Assembly: GCA_950097015.1 (NCBI GenBank)
Contig: CATNEN010000037.1
Span: forward strand, 3,410,001 to 3,474,000
Origin: Macrostomum hystrix
Taxonomy: Eukaryota > Animalia > Platyhelminthes
Reading direction: 5' to 3'
Length of the DNA stretch: 64,000 nucleotides
Position numbers and translations under genes: made by a program. Positions 12,290 to 24,348 of the stretch are shown here, in pieces. The notes beneath the pieces were generated by a model. That model did not search any database. It saw only the letters and a list, made by a program, of their open reading frames with translations, and was not told the origin of the DNA. How positions within the stretch are numbered: position 1 is the first letter of the stretch; every line of letters begins with the position of its first letter.

Positions 12290-13456
12290 TCATAGCATGG
12301 CCTGCAGCTCCTGCAGTTGTTCATCAATTCGTGGATGATGATTCCGGTAATATTTGCCGACTAAGAATGCCAAGGCAGACAAGGCTGCGGTGATTGCGGC
12401 ACAGACCAAAACGGTCAGCACAAACCGACAGTCTTCCTCAGCCTGTGGATAAGAATTCAATTGCGCCGTTGTTCCTGCGCTGAGGCAGTTAAATTGGAAC
12501 TGAATTAGTGCGACATCGCGAACCTCCATGCTGTCGGCTGCCTCCTTGATACTGAAGGCTTCCACCAGCGCTTGGTTGTGTGGGCCGCGCCACAGAATGC
12601 TCATCCGGCCGACGGGTGACTCAAGCAGGGATGCCTGCCTGACTGCATCGAGCAGCTGGGTGTCATTGTCCAGATGGCAGATGTCGCTAATCGGCAGGTC
12701 CAATTTGGCTTGACGCCAGAGTCGAAAGATTTTCAAATCGACGACGACCTCAGGTGATTCGGTGCATTTCAACGGATCGCGCACGCGAATGCGAACCGAC
12801 AGACTTGATGGCGAGTCCGACGGAAGCTCGTGGGCGAGTGTCAATTGGCCGCTACCGGCTGTCAAACCCAGCCAGTAAGGCGCGTCGCTGGACAGAAGGA
12901 ACCTCATCTCGGCTTCCTCGGCTCCCATTGGCGGTTTGGCACGGAAAATGTGAAGCAGGCTGCCCGCCGTCGCGTGTCGCCAAATGCTCAGTCGCAGTGG
13001 AGACAACTCCAACAGGCGGGGCACGTCGTTTAAGGCGATCACCTCCAGGTTGAACACGACCACCAGGGGAAGCTCCTTACTAGAGTCGGCTCTGTTCTCG
13101 TAGCACAGGAACCTTTGCCGGGTCAGGCCAGCACTGCCTAGCGCTGCTACTGATTGGTTGAGGGTCAGGGCCATGTCAGTGTAGCTGAGGTAGTTCGCTC
13201 TACCCGCACTACTGTCTATGGCCTGCAGATGCAGCTGCCTGGCCACAGTTACCAGCCTGGTGCCGACCGAGACGTCCTCAGGAACTCGCAGGGTCTGCGG
13301 CCCAGACCTGCAGCTGAGTAGCTGAATGAGCTGACGCGTGGCTGGCATTGAGTCTGGCGGACACGCACTCGGCGACGCAGTCTGGGCTTGAGTACCTTGA
13401 GAACAGACCACTGTGCTCAAAGCTATAATAGTTAATGCGATGCTAAAGGCGCGCAT
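12290..13456 (-). CDS. Intronless type I membrane protein with about two degenerate cadherin-like repeats (388 aa)
   Basis: Signal peptide MRAFSIALTIIALSTVVCS; cadherin-like motifs VPEDVSVGTRLVTV, LEVIALNDVP and VRIRVRD; C-terminal TM FVLTVLVCAAITAALSALAFLVG with a ~21 aa tail; minus-strand AATAAA at ~12209-12214. Confidence 0.75.
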   Translation of the reverse strand: MRAFSIALTIIALSTVVCSQGTQAQTASPSACPPDSMPATRQLIQLLSCRSGPQTLRVPEDVSVGTRLVTVARQLHLQAIDSSAGRANYLSYTDMALTLNQSVAALGSAGLTRQRFLCYENRADSSKELPLVVVFNLEVIALNDVPRLLELSPLRLSIWRHATAGSLLHIFRAKPPMGAEEAEMRFLLSSDAPYWLGLTAGSGQLTLAHELPSDSPSSLSVRIRVRDPLKCTESPEVVVDLKIFRLWRQAKLDLPISDICHLDNDTQLLDAVRQASLLESPVGRMSILWRGPHNQALVEAFSIKEAADSMEVRDVALIQFQFNCLSAGTTAQLNSYPQAEEDCRFVLTVLVCAAITAALSALAFLVGKYYRNHHPRIDEQLQELQAML

Positions 13457-14419
13457 TGGAATTAGCTATTAGCTAGCTTTTACGAACCACTTTGCTTCGT
13501 CTTATAGAGAACCTTTGTAGCTTAGCCTTAGGAAGCTAATTGACAGATCATTAAGCTATGAAATTGGTGAGTGTTTTGTGGTTGCCATTCGGCAGCTATA
13601 AGTAGGAACGGAAAGGACCAATTAGAGAAGAGCATACTCAACCCACCCCTGCATTTGACTGGGTGTTTGAGCGTTGCTAAAAATAGACTACAGCCCACGG
13701 GCTTCTGGTCATTATGCAAAACAAGGGACAACCTGGTAAGGTAAATTCTTAGAGATTTAAAACCCGGACTTCTATTTTTAGCTATAGTTCTGCTCAGAAA
13801 AAAGAAAAAACGTGGATAGAAATATCCCCGACACTCGGAAATAGAAAATCACTCTAACTATTTAGCAGTTCACTAATGCCTATAAAATAAATCGGTAAAC
13901 GTGAAAAACAGGTTAGGAATTTTTTTCGAAGTTCGATGTTTCAAAATAATGAAAATTTTTGTATCTACGTAAAACAGGTCTGGTCGTATCGAAATTCGAA
14001 AAGTCGTATCACGCCCATACAACAAAAAGTGAATTATTATCAAATTACTGAACATGTGAGTTCAAATATACTTTTTTGTTTATGTTAGCACAAAATATAA
14101 AAAACTAATTCGTCATTTTTACGTTTCTGGTGTCGTGTAAAACTGAGTCTTACGTAGAACAATAATCTACGAGCTATTTTAATTTGCATTTTTTAAGTTC
14201 CGAGTAGTTCTACTACTCTACTTGTAAGTAGCATCCGTGGGTAAGTAGCAGTCCAATAAGAGACTAATTCTTTTTTACAGCAAAGTAATTAATTCTTAAC
14301 TCTTCTCGTGATCTAAAGTAAGGTCTCACCTTACTACGAAAAGTAAGTCACGATTGACGAACCAGAAAATAAATTTAATACTAATGTAAAACAGTTCCTT
14401 TTTTCACCCCCATATAATT

Positions 14420-14685
14420 CATCACACACCCCATCCGATTCGTCACCCACCCCATCCGATTCGTCACCCACCCCATCCAATTCATCACCCACCCTTCGAT
14501 TGGTCACTCACTCCCGCTGATGAGTCAGCCATCTTCTCTGATTTGTCATCGAGCCTAGCTTCGATTGGTCACCAACCCCATCCAATTTGTCACCCACCCC
14601 ATCCAATTTGTCACCCACCCCATCCGATGTGTTACCCACCCCATCCGACTTGTCACCCACCCCATCCGATTCGTCACCCACCCAA
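14420..14685 (+). repeat. 21-bp minisatellite (CACCCACCCCATCCGATTCGT)
   Basis: Degenerate tandem copies. Confidence 0.85.
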
Positions 14686-14929
14686 TTCTTCACGCCCATC
14701 GATTTCTCGAAAAAATATTCTTATATTTGCCAAGTCACCAAACTAATTCCACTTCAGTACCTTATAAGAAGAATTGAACAACCCAAGAGTGAACATGTCT
14801 ATCACTTGTTTATCCAGTCCAGAAAATAGACTTGAATGAAAATGGTCTAAAAAGTAGGTCAAAACACTTTTCGATCATCTCAAGCCTTTTCCTGTCTCTC
14901 CAGTTACCCCACCCCTCATCTTCGTGTCT

Positions 14930-15742
14930 CTGCAATTATCTCACCCCTTCTCTTCCCCTATCTCCAATAATCTCACCCCCTCTCTTCCCCTATCTCCAAT
15001 AATCTCAACCCTTCTCTTCCCCTATCTCCAATAATCTCACCCTTCTCTTCCCCTATCTCCAATAATCTCACCCTTCTCTTCCCCTATCTCCAATAATCTC
15101 CCCCCTTCTCTTCCCCTATCTCCAATAATCTCACCCTTCTCTTCCCCTATCTCCAATAATCTCGCCCCTTCTCTTCCCCTATCTCCAATAATCTCACCCC
15201 TTCTCTTCCCATATCTCCAATAATCTCACCCCTTCTCTTCCCCTATCTCCAATAATCTCACCCCTTCTCTTCCCCTATCTCCAATAATCTCACCCTTCTC
15301 TTCCCCTATCTCCAATAATCTCACCTCTTCTCTTCCCCTATCTCCAATAATCTCACCCTTCTCTTCCCATATCTCCAATAATCTCACCCCTTCTCTTCCC
15401 CTATCTCCAATAATCTCACCCATTCTCTTCCCCTATCTCCAATAATCTCACCCTTCTCTTCCCCTATCTCCAATAATCTCAACCCTTCTCTTCCCCTATC
15501 TCCAATAATCTCACCCCTTCTCTTCCCCTATCTCCAATAATCTCAACCCTTCTCTTCCCCTATCTCCAATAATCTCAACCCTTCTCTTCCCCTATCTCCA
15601 ATAATCTCACCCCTTCTCTTCCCCTATCTCCAATAATCTCACCCCTTCTCTTCCCCTATCTCCAATAATCTCACCCCTTCTCTTCTTCTATCTCCAAGAA
15701 TCTCACCCCTTCTCTTCCCCTATCTCCAATAATCTCACCCCT
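14930..15742 (+). repeat. 32-33-bp minisatellite (CCCTTCTCTTCCCCTATCTCCAATAATCTCAC)
   Basis: About 25 tandem copies. Confidence 0.95.
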
Positions 15743-16833
15743 TGTGCTCCTGCAGGTGTAGCCAGGTAATTTTTTGCAGAGCTGAAGAAATCTAAGAAAG
15801 AGTAGAAAAAACCTATTCTTAGCTGTTTTGTATGCCTTTGGAAGAGTTGTAGCTGGGTGGTTGGGTACGAAATTTCATCTCATTACCCGGGAGCCCTCGC
15901 ACTTACTGCCATCCTGTTCATTTTAGGATTCTTTCACCTACTCTTTCACTTTAGTTTTTTGTCTTCCTTCCCTTCGTGCTCAGACTGCTCAACTGCAACT
16001 GGGGCGTGGAGAATATTGATCGATTTGTGGCCTAGAGCAAGCTGTTTCCGAGAGTCTGAGCTTAAAAATAGAACAATTTGACTGTCAAACACCTTGGGTT
16101 CTCGATTTTTTGCTGAATTTCTGCTACCGTTCTTCTTCCTCCGAAAGCAGATTAATTTTCTTTCCTCTTTTTCAAATCCTGAATCGGAATGGGACTGACT
16201 AGAGCTGCACGCGACCCGGAGTAATCAGTGCATTCGGAATCTGAGTCCAACGGGAGAAGCGACTCCGTATGAGTTGACGTTAAGAAAGCAGACAGCGCGC
16301 AGGGCAGGGCGGTTGAACTGATGCGTGCTCAGGCGATAGAAATCAGACCGCTAAACGGTGGGGCTGAAGGAGGAGAGAAAAGAGCAAGCCAGGATATGGG
16401 GATCGGGTGCACGCCTGATGTTTCAAAAGTTGTACTCAGCCACCTCTTCCTCCACCTGTCTTTCGCACCCACCCAGCGGGCCAATCGGTTCAGGCGCACT
16501 CGGCTATAGAAGGCTATTATTAACGGGGCTCGCGTTGCCATGGAAACCGAGCAATCGGGGAAGAGAAAAGCGGATAGAAGATAGACGGAAGAGTCATTGG
16601 AGAAAGAGAGGAACACGAGTTTGAGGTGTCGCGATTGGGAGCCTGAGGGGAGAGGCGGAAAGATGGGAGATGGAGGCTGCTGCAGGGATAGAAAGCTTGT
16701 GACGGGGCAGCCCTTCGTGGAGCCCAAGCCAGAAGCAGCCAAGACAGCAGGCCAGACTTTCATAGAAAGCATTTTCTGCTTCTCCTTAGCGAAAATTCTA
16801 ACCACAGATTGGCGAGACATTCTCAAATCGTCA

Positions 16834-18548
16834 ATGACCACGGTAACTACCTTGGTGCCGGCATGGGTGTCAGCAGATGCCGCCGCTGCTCTGCCATTTG
16901 ACATTCCCACACTGCCTATGGGTGCTCGAGTGCTCATCATTCTGATCCTGTCCGCCTGTGGCCTTGTCTGCCTGCTGGGCAACGCGGTTACCTGTCACGT
17001 GATCTTACACTCGCGCCGGCTGCAGAGTACCACAAATTATTTCGTCATCGGTTTGAGCGGCTCGGCCATGACCTTCACGGTGTGCCTGGCCATGGCTCTA
17101 GTGAGCCTGGTCGGCCTGTCTTGGCCGCTGGGAGACCCGGCCTGCCGTCTGGCCGGGCTGCTGCTGCACAGCCACCTGGGCTGCAATGCTTGCCTGCTGC
17201 TGTCAATCCAGGCTGATCGCTACTATGCCATTGTGTGCCCGTTGAGCTCGAAGATTAGCCGAACGGTTGCTAAGCGACTGATTGGGGGCAGCTGCCTGCT
17301 AGGCCTTGCCCTGGCCGCTCCGATGGCCGCCTTCTATGGCCAGCAGCGTCTGCCGCAGGCCAGTGAAAGCAGCCGATTTGTGTGCGCCCCCTTGGCTTGG
17401 TCAGGCCTGCCGCTGATCTACATTTGTCCGTACCTGGCCCTGGCCTACCTGCTGCCAGCTTGCGCCTCACTGGGACTGTTTGGCCGGGTTTGGACCTACT
17501 TGTGGACTATCAATCAGCAGAGGGGGGCCCTGCGTGGCGGCAGAATGCTGCAGCGGACGGCCAACCAGGTGAGACAGACAGACTGGTCCGAATAAGTCAC
17601 TTTCCATTCACGCTGTTCAACTCCAAGCTAAACTCGCAAGTGCTTACGCTAAATTGCAAATTACAAAATTTAATTGATGCCTTATACTCCGCTTGCTAAG
17701 CGATGCGCAGGTCACCATACTACGCAAACCCCTTCACTCCGCCAACCACACCAATCCGCCAGCCACCTCACTCCGCCAGCGACCTCACTCCGCCAGCCAC
17801 TTCACTCCGCCAGCCACCTCACTCCGCCAGCCACCTCACTCCGCCAGCCACCCCACTCCGCCAACCACTTCAGTCCACCAACCACCTCACTCCGCCAGCC
17901 ACCTCACTCCGCCAGCCACCTCACTCCACCAGCCACTTCACTCCGCCAGCCACTTCACTCCGCCAGCCACCTCACTCCGCCAACCACTTCACTCCGCCAG
18001 CCACCTCACTCCGCCAGCCACTTCACTTCGCTATACACAAAGTTTCCAGAAAAAATAGTAGCATATCTAAAACAAATTTTAACTGCAGGTACCGCGCACT
18101 AAGGTGAAAACCTTCAAGTTAATGGCCACTGTGACACTAACAGACCTGGCAGCAATGTCACTTGCACAAATTCTCGTGCTCGCCTTTGTTGGCCTGCTGG
18201 GAGCGTCGGCTGGCACATCAGCAGGTGCCCACTTCGACAGGCTACGATCCTTTCTTGCTGTCAGCCTGTCTGTACAGCCTAGCCGGCCTATCCAAGCCAA
18301 TTCTTTACGCCTGTATGAACGCTAATTTTCGACGCGGCTGCCGCGAAGTTCTGTGTTGGTCCAAACAGCGGGTGCATCGCCAGGAGTTGTACACGGTAAC
18401 CAACGTCTCCGTGTTCAGCAAGCGGAACTATGTAACGGCTGTGGATATTCGTGGTACAGCGGAGAACCGCTGGGAGAATCCATCAATCTTCGAGATAAGC
18501 TCCTCCGCAAAGCCGTCACCAAGTGGTTATCATGACAACGCAATTTGA
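16834..18548 (+). CDS. GPR19: GPR19-like class A orphan GPCR, two exons, with an apparent 1-nt frameshift in exon 2
   Basis: Exon 1 16834-17568 (strong acceptor ending 16789 upstream of the ATG; donor GTGAGA at 17569); exon 2 18089-18548. Motifs: STTNYFV, DRYYAIVCPLSSKISRTVAKRLI, QRTANQ|VPRTKVKTFKL, SKPILYACMNANFRRG...KRNYV, all matching GPR19-family signatures from memory. TM6 and TM7 lie in different frames. Confidence 0.85.
17730..18029 (+). repeat. 17-bp minisatellite (CCACCTCACTCCGCCAG) in the GPR19 intron
   Basis: Tandem copies; reverse-complement copies at 18828-18955. Confidence 0.9.
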
Positions 18549-18827
18549 AGCGCTCAAACCATGGTTGAGTTGTATTTTCTTGCTTTACAAAATGGCTGAG
18601 CATTTTAAAAACCTCAAGCACCAAAAGACTTATAGCTCGAAGAATTTCTAGACTACGAGTATTTAGAATACGAATAGAAAAATATTTTTTGCACGCGTGC
18701 ACTTTTTTCGCAATAATAATCTATTATCGATAGTTCGACATGTCAGTTTTAGCACACTTGCACGTTGCACGTCCCATTAAAAAAGCTGGGAAAAACTAAC
18801 GTATAAATTGATGTACTGGTTCATTAG

Positions 18828-18955
18828 GGTGGCGGAGTGAGGTGGCTGGCGGAGTGAGGCGGTTGGCGGTGCGAGGTGGCTGGCGGAGTGAGGTGGCTGG
18901 CGGTGCGAGGTGGCTGGCGGAGTGAGAGGTTGCTGGCGGAGTGAGTTGCTGGGCG
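18828..18955 (-). repeat. Inverted copy of the 17-bp minisatellite
   Basis: GTGGCTGGCGGAGTGAG tandem copies. Confidence 0.85.
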
Positions 18956-19619
18956 CTCAAGTAGGCTGCCAATAGACTATTAAGCATGTCATCTTATAAT
19001 TCAGGCGTCTGGTTTTAGCCTAGCGACCTCCTTTAACTATAAATTACAGGATAGAAATTTCTATAAAAGTGCATTTAATAAATTGATATTTTTTAACTTG
19101 TTCACATGTTTATAAAGACGATTAATATAGTGTCACAATTTATATGATTTTTGCTTTTTTCTGAGCGCAATATGTAACTGCATAATCTCCTAATATCTAT
19201 AATGTTTTCTAAGCTAAGAGTACTTTGACAAGATAAATTTCGATAATAATTTTTGTATGAAAACTGACTGTTGAATTTAATTGACTATTTCCAATAAATG
19301 CTTATTGAAAGCTTATTGACTCACAGAAAAGCTGCTTTTATTAATAGAATTATATTCTCTCGTGCAATAATACTTTATCTAGAAAAAAACACAATTAAAT
19401 TTGTTTAGCTTGATTGTATCCAGGTAGACATAAACTCAAACAAAAAATCACGCACTGCTACAGTAAGTTCAACCAGTATTATATTCAGACTTTTCCAAAG
19501 TAGGAAAACAGGTATGTTATCGCTTCTTGAAGCAATCAGGCTTGCAGCAAGCAGACCAGTGTTTGCACTGGTCCCCCTGGAGTATTGAACTCAAAGTTAA
19601 GGAGATGAAAATCTTAGGA

Positions 19620-20546
19620 TTATATGTTTGTCGGGTGTAGAAGACCGTGCAATTTCCAAAACAGTTGAGCAATACCAAAGAGCCAATCTATAGCCTGTTT
19701 GTCCTGCGTCAATAGCTGCAGAGTAACTGCGGAGTTTCTCAAAGCCAAATTTAGCAACCAAATTTGGCGTCCAAATGTATCATTTTCTTCCTGTCCAATG
19801 GATCATTCAACAACAAGATGAAAATACAAAAGACAACAATCTGCTTTTTCGAATAAAAAATGATCAAACATATTTCAAAGTATCTATCAATCAATTCGAC
19901 TGTTCCTTAACTACCAATGCTTGTATTATAGAGTTAAAACGGATAGCAATGCAGAGAATGTTTGAAAATCAATAAAGTGCATAAAGTCAAGCTTGAGAGT
20001 AAGGAAAAAGATAACAGAGAAAAATAAGCTGGCAGAATGCTTTTTTTGATAAAAGGAAGTGCTAGTTGTGCAAAAAGTGGCAATGGAATAAATTAACATT
20101 TTCGCTTTCGCTTTTAACATAAAATCGGTTTGTAACTCATGTCCATATGTTTTCAGACATCATTTTGCACCATTTTGTCCCTCCTTCGTCACCTGGTCGC
20201 GCCCAGTATTAGCCAGGCCAACCAACACAGCCGGGTTGTTGCGAATCTGCCTGCGAAGACCCATTAGCAGGCTATCCAATGACTCCTCATCCTGGGCGTC
20301 CTTCCTCCCATCTGCCGTCTCCATGACAACTAGTTCATCATCTTCAGCCCCAGCATCATTGTCAGCCTGGCACTTGGCCACTGCAGCCAAGAATTCGTCA
20401 CGTGACATGCCACTGCTAGCCAACCAGGACTCGGCAGTGTTCTGCTTCAGCCAATCACTATTAGCCGTCAGGTCCGCTTTCAGTTTTCCGACCAGACCCT
20501 CCAGATTCCCTTGGCTGTTGCACTCGTTACTACTCGATTTGGCAGC
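19620..20546 (-). CDS. Last two exons of an unrecognised protein (upstream exons not resolved)
   Basis: Exon 20546-20193 (acceptor ctttacag, donor cag|GTGACG, 118 codons) joins in phase 0 to exon 19790-19620 (acceptor ggacag, 56 codons plus TAA): AAKSSS...LRRQIRNNPAVLVGLANTGRDQ|EENDTFGRQIWLLNLALRN...WKLHGLLHPTNI*. It is a GC-richer island in AT-rich DNA. Alternatively the ORF ends unspliced at 20160. Confidence 0.55.
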
Positions 20547-23500
20547 CTGTAAAGTAGTAGATTGGAATATAATTACAGCATAATACGTTATAGAGGCATA
20601 AAAGCTTCTTTTGCACAAACTTTATGCATAATCCTACTGGGCAAATTTACTGTCTGTTGTATGGCTGCAGCTGCACACAGCTATCTAAATTTCTAATACT
20701 CCTACTCTGATACACTAGCAAATATTATCCACTTTACGGCAAGGTTCAGGACCTAAACACTGCTTGGTTTTACAAACCTATTATAAAACCATTTATTTTG
20801 GTTTTATAAAACTTATTTATAGTAATATGATAATATAATATTAATATATAATATAGCTCTTATATTGTCTAGTTCTTAAACAATTGCTTCTAACACTTGA
20901 ACAATAGCTAGAAAAAAATTAATTTACAAAAATTTTAGATACCATAAACTAAAGGTACTCTCTAGCATATAATTCTATAGAATTTAAATACAGAATAGAA
21001 AATATCTTTAAAATTTCTACTTTGTTATTATCAATAAAGTAACATGCTAAATTATGCCTATACTAACTCAATAACCGATTTGACACTTATCTAATTAGAT
21101 TTTAAGTGTTGACAGCTAGTAGCAATGGACTCAAGACTATTAATTTCATTTGTGCTGAAAGTAATTTCATTTTTACTATAAAGCACAGAATGTACATAAA
21201 TATTTGCAATATATACAAATATTTGCATATTTGCATAAAACACTACAGAATGCCTGTTTGCTTTTCGAATATTGCTTACATGTTTAGATGTATATGCAAG
21301 AATTAGTTATTTGGCTATCTTAACAAAACGGAGTGCAGTCAACTGGAATTTCAATGCATTTTAAAGTGCACAGAGAAAACAATAATAACAAATTAATAAC
21401 TGAAAAGTTTCAGATTCTAAGCATCAGAATATATTAATCAATGCGAAGGATTATGCAAGTAAAAATTAGAATTTTTTGAAAAAAAGTAAAAAAGTACTAG
21501 GAAAGATATGATTTGCAAAATAATTAATCTAAAAACTAAATTGTGTTTAGTACATTTAGGAGAAATAGTACACTTCAAATGTTAAACGTCTATATAAAAA
21601 TACGTCTATATTTATAATATAAGTCTTGATTGAAGGCACAGTTGTTTTTAGTTGATGGAAAGATAAGAAATCATGTAATATCGCATGAAAGGTAACCTAG
21701 TTTAGTAATTCAAAATTCATACGTGCAATTCCTAGAAATAATTGCAGTCTAAATGGTGCGAATATATTCGTTACTTGTATGACTGATTATCGTGCATTAG
21801 GTGCGACCTAATTTATTTTCGTAATTCCTTATTATCGACTGTCAAAATTTTCAGAGTGCCGCATCTTACTAACATGATATTCCACAGAAAGCTACATTTT
21901 ACTGACCATACGTATACAATTATTCATGATGACTAGAAGAAAGAATTAAAACCGCAATATTCCACACTCTTTCCTGCTATTCCATTCCATGTCGTAGCTT
22001 TGGAAGTCTGGTTCCAGTCAAGTAGCAAACTCCAGTCAAGTCTAGGCTATTTACAAAAGGCTAGTGATCTATATGACCGAGTTAAACATATGCGAGCGTG
22101 CAAATCTCGATGAGACTACTACTCGATGAGACTATAGGTCTAAGTGTCGTTCTTGTTGGCGATATGGGCCATTTTACTAGGCTTCAAGTATTCACTATAC
22201 CGTATAATTGTAATTATCTCGGATCCGAAGCATGATCTCATGGAGAAAAAAATCTGCGCAGTTTGCTACTTTCTTAAATGAAGCTAAAAGTCACGTAAGC
22301 ATTTTTTGTCATGAACATATGAAGTATACGCTTGGATCGGCTTCGCCATGGATCAATAGAACCTGACCTGACTGCATTTTTAATGCGGTGGAGAAAACTT
22401 CATTCGCATAAACAAAAGGCCTGAAGATTCACACGTATATCTTGCGCCGATTGAATATTGCGAATGACTCAGTTAGTCTTGATTCGGGGGCAGCGACTTG
22501 CTTCCTGAGTAAATTTTAGATCTGCTTAGAAATTGATAACTTAAAAATTCTACTATACGAGAAAAATCTCACTATTTTATTCTATTCTAAACTCTGTACC
22601 AATGAACTTGCATTTCTTGTTTTTTCACTTCTAATGGTACCATATGAGTGTAAAATAAAAGAATATATTTAAATTAATACTGCTGGCCGCTCATGTTCAG
22701 GTGTAAAAAAGTTCCCCTTATGATTAAATGGAGTCACCTCGGAAGTGTAGCTTTTTTGCCGTTCACCACCCCATTCTGCGCACCAATCCGACCAGGGACC
22801 AAAAGACCAACGAAAAACCCTAGCGAGTGCACTGTTGAAATGTGCGGCATTGCCTCCAGCTGCGTCAGTTCTCACAGCCTTTTAGAAACGATATCATATA
22901 ACAATTTACTATTATAATTATTAGCATGCGCACGCTTAAAGAGTGCTGATTTTTATATTTGGCGAATATTAAAACATAATGTCGCTACTTATGGTTAGTT
23001 TTATGCAATTACGTTAAATATTTGAGGAATATAACAAAAGTAAGATTCTTAAAAACAGCTTTAATCGGATGGATCGAGTTTGTGAAAATGAATCATATGA
23101 GTACATAAATGGAAGAAAACAGCTCGCAACTTCTTTTACAATAATCTAACAATGATCTTTGTGAGTCCTTTGCAACCTTTGAGTCATAGGTTAAGCACTT
23201 TACATTTAGCTAAATTAGGAGCAAACAATTGAAGCGGAAATAGTGATTTCGTAATAAACAATTGTCTGGCCAACTCCCACGAAGGCCATTGTAAGAATTT
23301 GCCTTTGAAGACATTTTTAATTAAGAAATTATTGGTAGCAGACAAAAGAGTCGTTACCCAAATAAGCATTGCATGAAAATTCCATAAGGTGCATTTGCTA
23401 GTTTTGTGAATCTGTTGCAGCTGTTCAGTCAGTAAATACGCCAAACTCCTTCGTAATCCCTAGACTTACTTATACTATTGTGAGGCGTGGTAGCCGGAAC

Positions 23501-24348
23501 GAAGTTTTTCAAAATCTAGGAAAAGTAATTCCCAACACTCCGAGGTTTACCTGCCTGTAACAAGCTGAAACACCTAGATGATGCTAATGATTGCATTTAA
23601 GTTTTGAAGAACTTATTTACTCTTTTAGATTGAATCGTCAAGATTAGTTAACAAAAAATCCTCCCTTTCAACGATAATGATTAAAATGCACGTCATAAAT
23701 TTAAATTTATTTCCTAACACACTGTAAGGAGATAACACATGTAAGCACTAGATATTTATTTACGAGGCAACAATTTGACAAGCTAAACCGACTAAAACAA
23801 ACAAAAAATATGACTATAAATTTGTTTGGGAAGACATACAAACCAAAATAAAAATACTTTCGACTTGAAGCAAAACAAGAATTCGCAATGGTCTTTCTAT
23901 GACACCGAATAAAAAAGCAAATGAAACATTAACTTGCTTTTGTTATAATAGACCGTTCCAGTCCATTGGACAAATGGCCGGTTAAAAAATTCCATTGCAA
24001 AGCAGAACAAGAACTTGCTGGCATATTCTGCTTTGCGCATTACCAAAGAGGGGAATAAGCAACTCATGAAAGTATTCTCTGACGGATCTTTGCACAGCTA
24101 GAAATTTCTGTGTTTATATCGAATAGAGAGGAGCATATACTGTCTTCATTTCCTGTGAAAAAAATACAGTTACCATCGAGCCATCCAATAATATAGTGGT
24201 TGCTTTTTTGAACGTGCGCTGCATAGGCAATGCCACGAGTGAAACAACAGTCTCATAGTCTATAAACAACAGGGCAGAAGAAACTAGCAGAAACTTGAAA
24301 TCAAAAGGATGACCTTCGCAAACACTTAGAACCATGCGGTAAAATTAA

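Noticed and set aside
16597-16833. N-terminal extension of the GPCR in the ORF track
   Set aside because: Starts at TTG and crosses a strong splice acceptor at 16789; ATG 16834 is the better start.
22310-22420. Minus-strand QVLLIHGEADP hydrolase-like peptide after an AG
   Set aside because: Short, stop follows, no convincing donor or partner exons.
23184-23444. ORF with KFLQWPS, reminiscent of Harbinger/DDE_Tnp_4 transposase
   Set aside because: Single short motif with no catalytic DDE segments or TIRs nearby.
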